From assembly GCA_023257255.1 (NCBI GenBank), contig JALRCR010000001.1:266-64265 (forward strand): 64,000 nt of DNA. Direction: 5' to 3'. The position numbers were made by a program, and so were the translations under genes. Below the pieces are notes generated by a model. The model worked only from the letters and a program-made list of their open reading frames with translations. It made no database searches and had not been told where the DNA came from. Below, piece by piece: positions 61,576-64,000 of the stretch (positions are counted from its first letter, which is position 1; the number at the start of each line of letters is the position of its first letter). Source of the DNA: Gammaproteobacteria bacterium. GTDB taxonomy: Bacteria; Pseudomonadota; Gammaproteobacteria; Ga0077536.

Positions 61576-62628
61576 TTACAGGCTGCCGCGATAGACCACG
61601 GCAGGTTCGGCGGCGCCGGCCTCGATGCGCCCCACAACCCTGGCCGTTTCGCCAGCGGCAGCGAGGGTGGCGATCACGGCCTCGGCCTCGGACGCCGGCA
61701 CCACGACCAGCATGCCCAGACCGCAGTTGAAGGTGCGCAGCATTTCGGCCTCGGTCACGCCGCCCTGTTCGCGTAACCACGCAAACACCGGCGGCAGGCG
61801 CCAGCTCGTCAAATCAATAGAGGCATGCACGCCCGGCGGCAGCACGCGTGGCAGGTTTTCGGTGATCCCGCCGCCGGTGATGTGCGCCAGACCGCGCAAA
61901 TCGTGCGCTGCCAGCGCGGCCAGCAGGGGTTTGACGTAGATGCGGGTTGGGGCAATCAGCGCATCGCCCAGGGTGCGGCCATCGAAGGGGCTGTCCAGCG
62001 CCACGCCGCTCCGCGCGACAATTTTGCGCACCAGCGAGTAGCCGTTGGAGTGCACGCCGCTGGAGGCGAGGCCAATGATGGCGTCGCCGGCCGCGATGCG
62101 CCGGCCGTCAATGAGCTTTGCCGCCTCAACCACGCCCACCGTGAAGCCGGCGAGGTCATAGTGACCGGCTGCATACATATCCGGCATCTCCGCGGTCTCG
62201 CCGCCCAGCAAGGCGCAGCCCGCCTGCCGGCAGCCTTCGGCAATGCCTTCAATGACGCTGGCGGCGGTCTCGACGTCGAGCTTGCCGGTGGCGAAGTAGT
62301 CGAGGAAGAACAAAGGTTCCGCCCCCTGCACCACAACATCGTTCACGCACATCGCGACCAGATCGATGCCGATGGTGGCGTGGCGATTGAGGTCAATCGC
62401 AATTTTGAGTTTGGTCCCCACGCCGTCGGTGGAAGACACCAGCACGGGCTCCTGATATTGGCCCGGCGCCAGCTTGAACAAGCCGCCGAAGCCGCCCAGT
62501 CCGCCGACCACGCCCGGGCGCAGGGTCGATTTGGCGAAAGGTTTGATGCGGTCTACAAGGGCGTTGCCGCTGTCGATATCAACGCCGGCATCGCGATAGC
62601 TGAGAGAGGGGAGTTTGGGTTCCGTCAT
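61576..62628 (-). CDS. purM: Phosphoribosylformylglycinamidine cyclo-ligase (AIR synthetase)
   Basis: 350 aa. [27 protein letters not shown] and GGETAEMP. Confidence 0.97.
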   Translation of the reverse strand: MTEPKLPSLSYRDAGVDIDSGNALVDRIKPFAKSTLRPGVVGGLGGFGGLFKLAPGQYQEPVLVSSTDGVGTKLKIAIDLNRHATIGIDLVAMCVNDVVVQGAEPLFFLDYFATGKLDVETAASVIEGIAEGCRQAGCALLGGETAEMPDMYAAGHYDLAGFTVGVVEAAKLIDGRRIAAGDAIIGLASSGVHSNGYSLVRKIVARSGVALDSPFDGRTLGDALIAPTRIYVKPLLAALAAHDLRGLAHITGGGITENLPRVLPPGVHASIDLTSWRLPPVFAWLREQGGVTEAEMLRTFNCGLGMLVVVPASEAEAVIATLAAAGETARVVGRIEAGAAEPAVVYRGSL

Positions 62629-62722
62629 GCCGGCATGTTAGCGACGGGGGATCGGGGCGTAAACCGGCGCAGGGCCGCGACTTGCCTTGACATCAAACAG
62701 CCCTTTGCCTAGCGTCCGCCGC

Positions 62723-63763
62723 ATGATTTCCCGCCTCCTTGGCGCGTTACTGCTCAACGCGCTGCTCGTCCCGAGCTTGCCCGCAGTGACTGTGGACGGG
62801 CTGAACAGCGCGACGGTGCCGGTCGCCGACCGTAGCGTGGCTGAAAGCGAGCGCGGGATCGGCGAGGCGTTCCGGCAGGTCATCATCAAACTCAGCGGCT
62901 CGCGGCAGACGCTGGAGCAAGCCGGCATCCGGCAGCTGCTCGGCAAGGCCCGCAATTTCGTGACCGTGCAGGGTCAGGCGGGTGATGGCAATGCGACAGA
63001 CGGCTTTCGCCTGCGGGTCGACTTTGATGCTGCTGCGTTGGGCGCTGCGCTCCGCGAGCGCGGCGTCAGCCCATGGTCGCGGGACCGCCCGCTGACCGGC
63101 GTGTGGTTGGCGGTTGAAGACGCCAGCGGTCGCCGCTTCAGTCCCGATGCCCAAACCGAGCCCAGCTTCCGCGCGCTGACCGAGGCGGCTGCGCGACGCG
63201 GCCTGCCTATCGACCGCCGCGTGCCGACCAATGCGCCGGCGACCGGCACGCCAGCGACCTTGTTTGACGCCCTGCTGGGACCAGCCCCCGCACCGGATCC
63301 GGCGGGCTTGCTGGCCACGCCGCTGCTGGCAGGTTTGCTCAAGCAGGGGCCGGCGGGCGAGTGGGTCGCGAGCTTCCGCTGGCGGGTGGAAGCCGAGACC
63401 GCAGATTGGACCGGGCAGGGCGTCGACCCGCTCGCCCTGGTTGGCGAGGCCGTTGACCGCGCGACCGAAGCCGTCGCAGCGCGTTACGCGGCAATCCCGG
63501 GGGGAGACGTCGCCGCCAGAGCGCTGCGGCTGAACGTTGGCGGTCTGCGCAGCGCCGCAGATTACGGGCGGGTGATGGCCTTGCTGCGCGGCTTCGATAT
63601 TGTCGATTCCCTGACCGTCGCTGAAGTCAGCGGCGAGGCCGTGGAGGTGGCGCTGGTTGCCCGCGGTGGCCTGCCGGCGCTGGTGCAGAGCATTCGCCTG
63701 TCGGGCCAACTGACGCCCGCTGCCGAGGGCGACAACCACTGGACGCTCCCCGCCCATGACTGA
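62723..63763 (+). CDS. DUF2066-like secreted protein
   Basis: The ORF at 62687..63763 is trimmed to MISRLLGALLLNALLV (signal peptide). The N-terminal pattern ATVPVADRSVAESERGIGEAFRQVIIKLSG resembles DUF2066. As I recall, these genes sit divergent from purM and upstream of an AI-2E permease in other gammaproteobacteria. Confidence 0.6.
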   Translation: MISRLLGALLLNALLVPSLPAVTVDGLNSATVPVADRSVAESERGIGEAFRQVIIKLSGSRQTLEQAGIRQLLGKARNFVTVQGQAGDGNATDGFRLRVDFDAAALGAALRERGVSPWSRDRPLTGVWLAVEDASGRRFSPDAQTEPSFRALTEAAARRGLPIDRRVPTNAPATGTPATLFDALLGPAPAPDPAGLLATPLLAGLLKQGPAGEWVASFRWRVEAETADWTGQGVDPLALVGEAVDRATEAVAARYAAIPGGDVAARALRLNVGGLRSAADYGRVMALLRGFDIVDSLTVAEVSGEAVEVALVARGGLPALVQSIRLSGQLTPAAEGDNHWTLPAHD

Positions 63764-64000
63764 TTCCCGGAAATGGTGGGTCCTCGCGGTCACCGTTGCC
63801 ACCGCCTATCTGCTCTATCTGCTGGGCCCGGTGTTGACGCCCTTCATGGCCAGCGCCCTGCTGGCCTATCTGGGTGACCCGCTGGTCGATCGGCTGGAGA
63901 AGCGCGGGGTCTCGCGCACGCTGGGGGTTGGCATCGTGTTTGTCGGCATGCTGGCGGCAGCGGCACTCGGCATGGTGATTGTATTGCCCGCCCTGCAACA
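63756..64000 (+). CDS. AI-2E family (PerM-like) transporter, N-terminal fragment; continues beyond window
   Basis: Starts at ATG 63756, an 8-nt overlap with the previous gene. MTDSRKWWVLAVTVATAYLLYLLGPVLTPFMASALLAYLGDPLVDRLEKRGVSR shows TM helices and the PF..A.LLAYL pattern of AI-2E permeases. Confidence 0.65.
   Translation, partial: MTDSRKWWVLAVTVATAYLLYLLGPVLTPFMASALLAYLGDPLVDRLEKRGVSRTLGVGIVFVGMLAAAALGMVIVLPALQ

Overview
High-GC gammaproteobacterial core-chromosome segment, densely packed with housekeeping genes. Hand counts give 42/60 G+C at 17041-17100 and 61/120 at 58861-58980; the window average was not computed. Gene order: gloA (3' fragment) | mlaC-ibaG-murA-hisG-hisD | petABC-sspAB | minus strand dolP-diaA-yraN-lpoA | rsmI | RNase P RNA | a complete dcw cluster (mraZ-rsmH-ftsL-ftsI-murE-murF-mraY-murD-ftsW-murG-murC-murB-ddl-ftsQ-ftsA-ftsZ) plus lpxC | DUF721/DciA-like | secA-argJ-mutT fusion | minus strand zapD, coaE-pilD-pilC-pilB, clpB, pgeF-rluD | bamD | minus strand nadE, sucDC | small Cys-rich ORF-pilS-pilR | sigma-54-type promoter and pilA | TMTC-like GT-C/TPR membrane protein and a GT2 | suhB | trmJ | SAM methyltransferase-purM | DUF2066 and the start of an AI-2E permease. 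From memory, the order resembles the Pseudomonas mla-murA-his / pet-ssp / dcw / secA and clpB-bamD-pilSR regions. I saw no tRNA, rRNA, CRISPR array, IS/transposase, integrase or recognisable defence genes. Most long ORFs in the track that lie antisense to these genes look like high-GC artefacts. The best candidate for something undescribed is the two-gene glycosylation module directly downstream of the major pilin gene. It pairs a GT-C enzyme with a C-terminal TPR domain with a polyprenyl-phosphate-type GT2, which differs from the TfpO/PglL-type pilin glycosylation genes I know of. This is an inference from adjacency and motifs, not a demonstrated function. Other observations are regulatory: MraZ boxes, a sigma-32 promoter for clpB, tandem palindromes upstream of the pilA sigma-54 promoter, and a small zinc-ribbon-like ORF that may be translationally coupled to pilS. 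All protein calls rest on recognition of translated sequence and motifs; no database search was possible.
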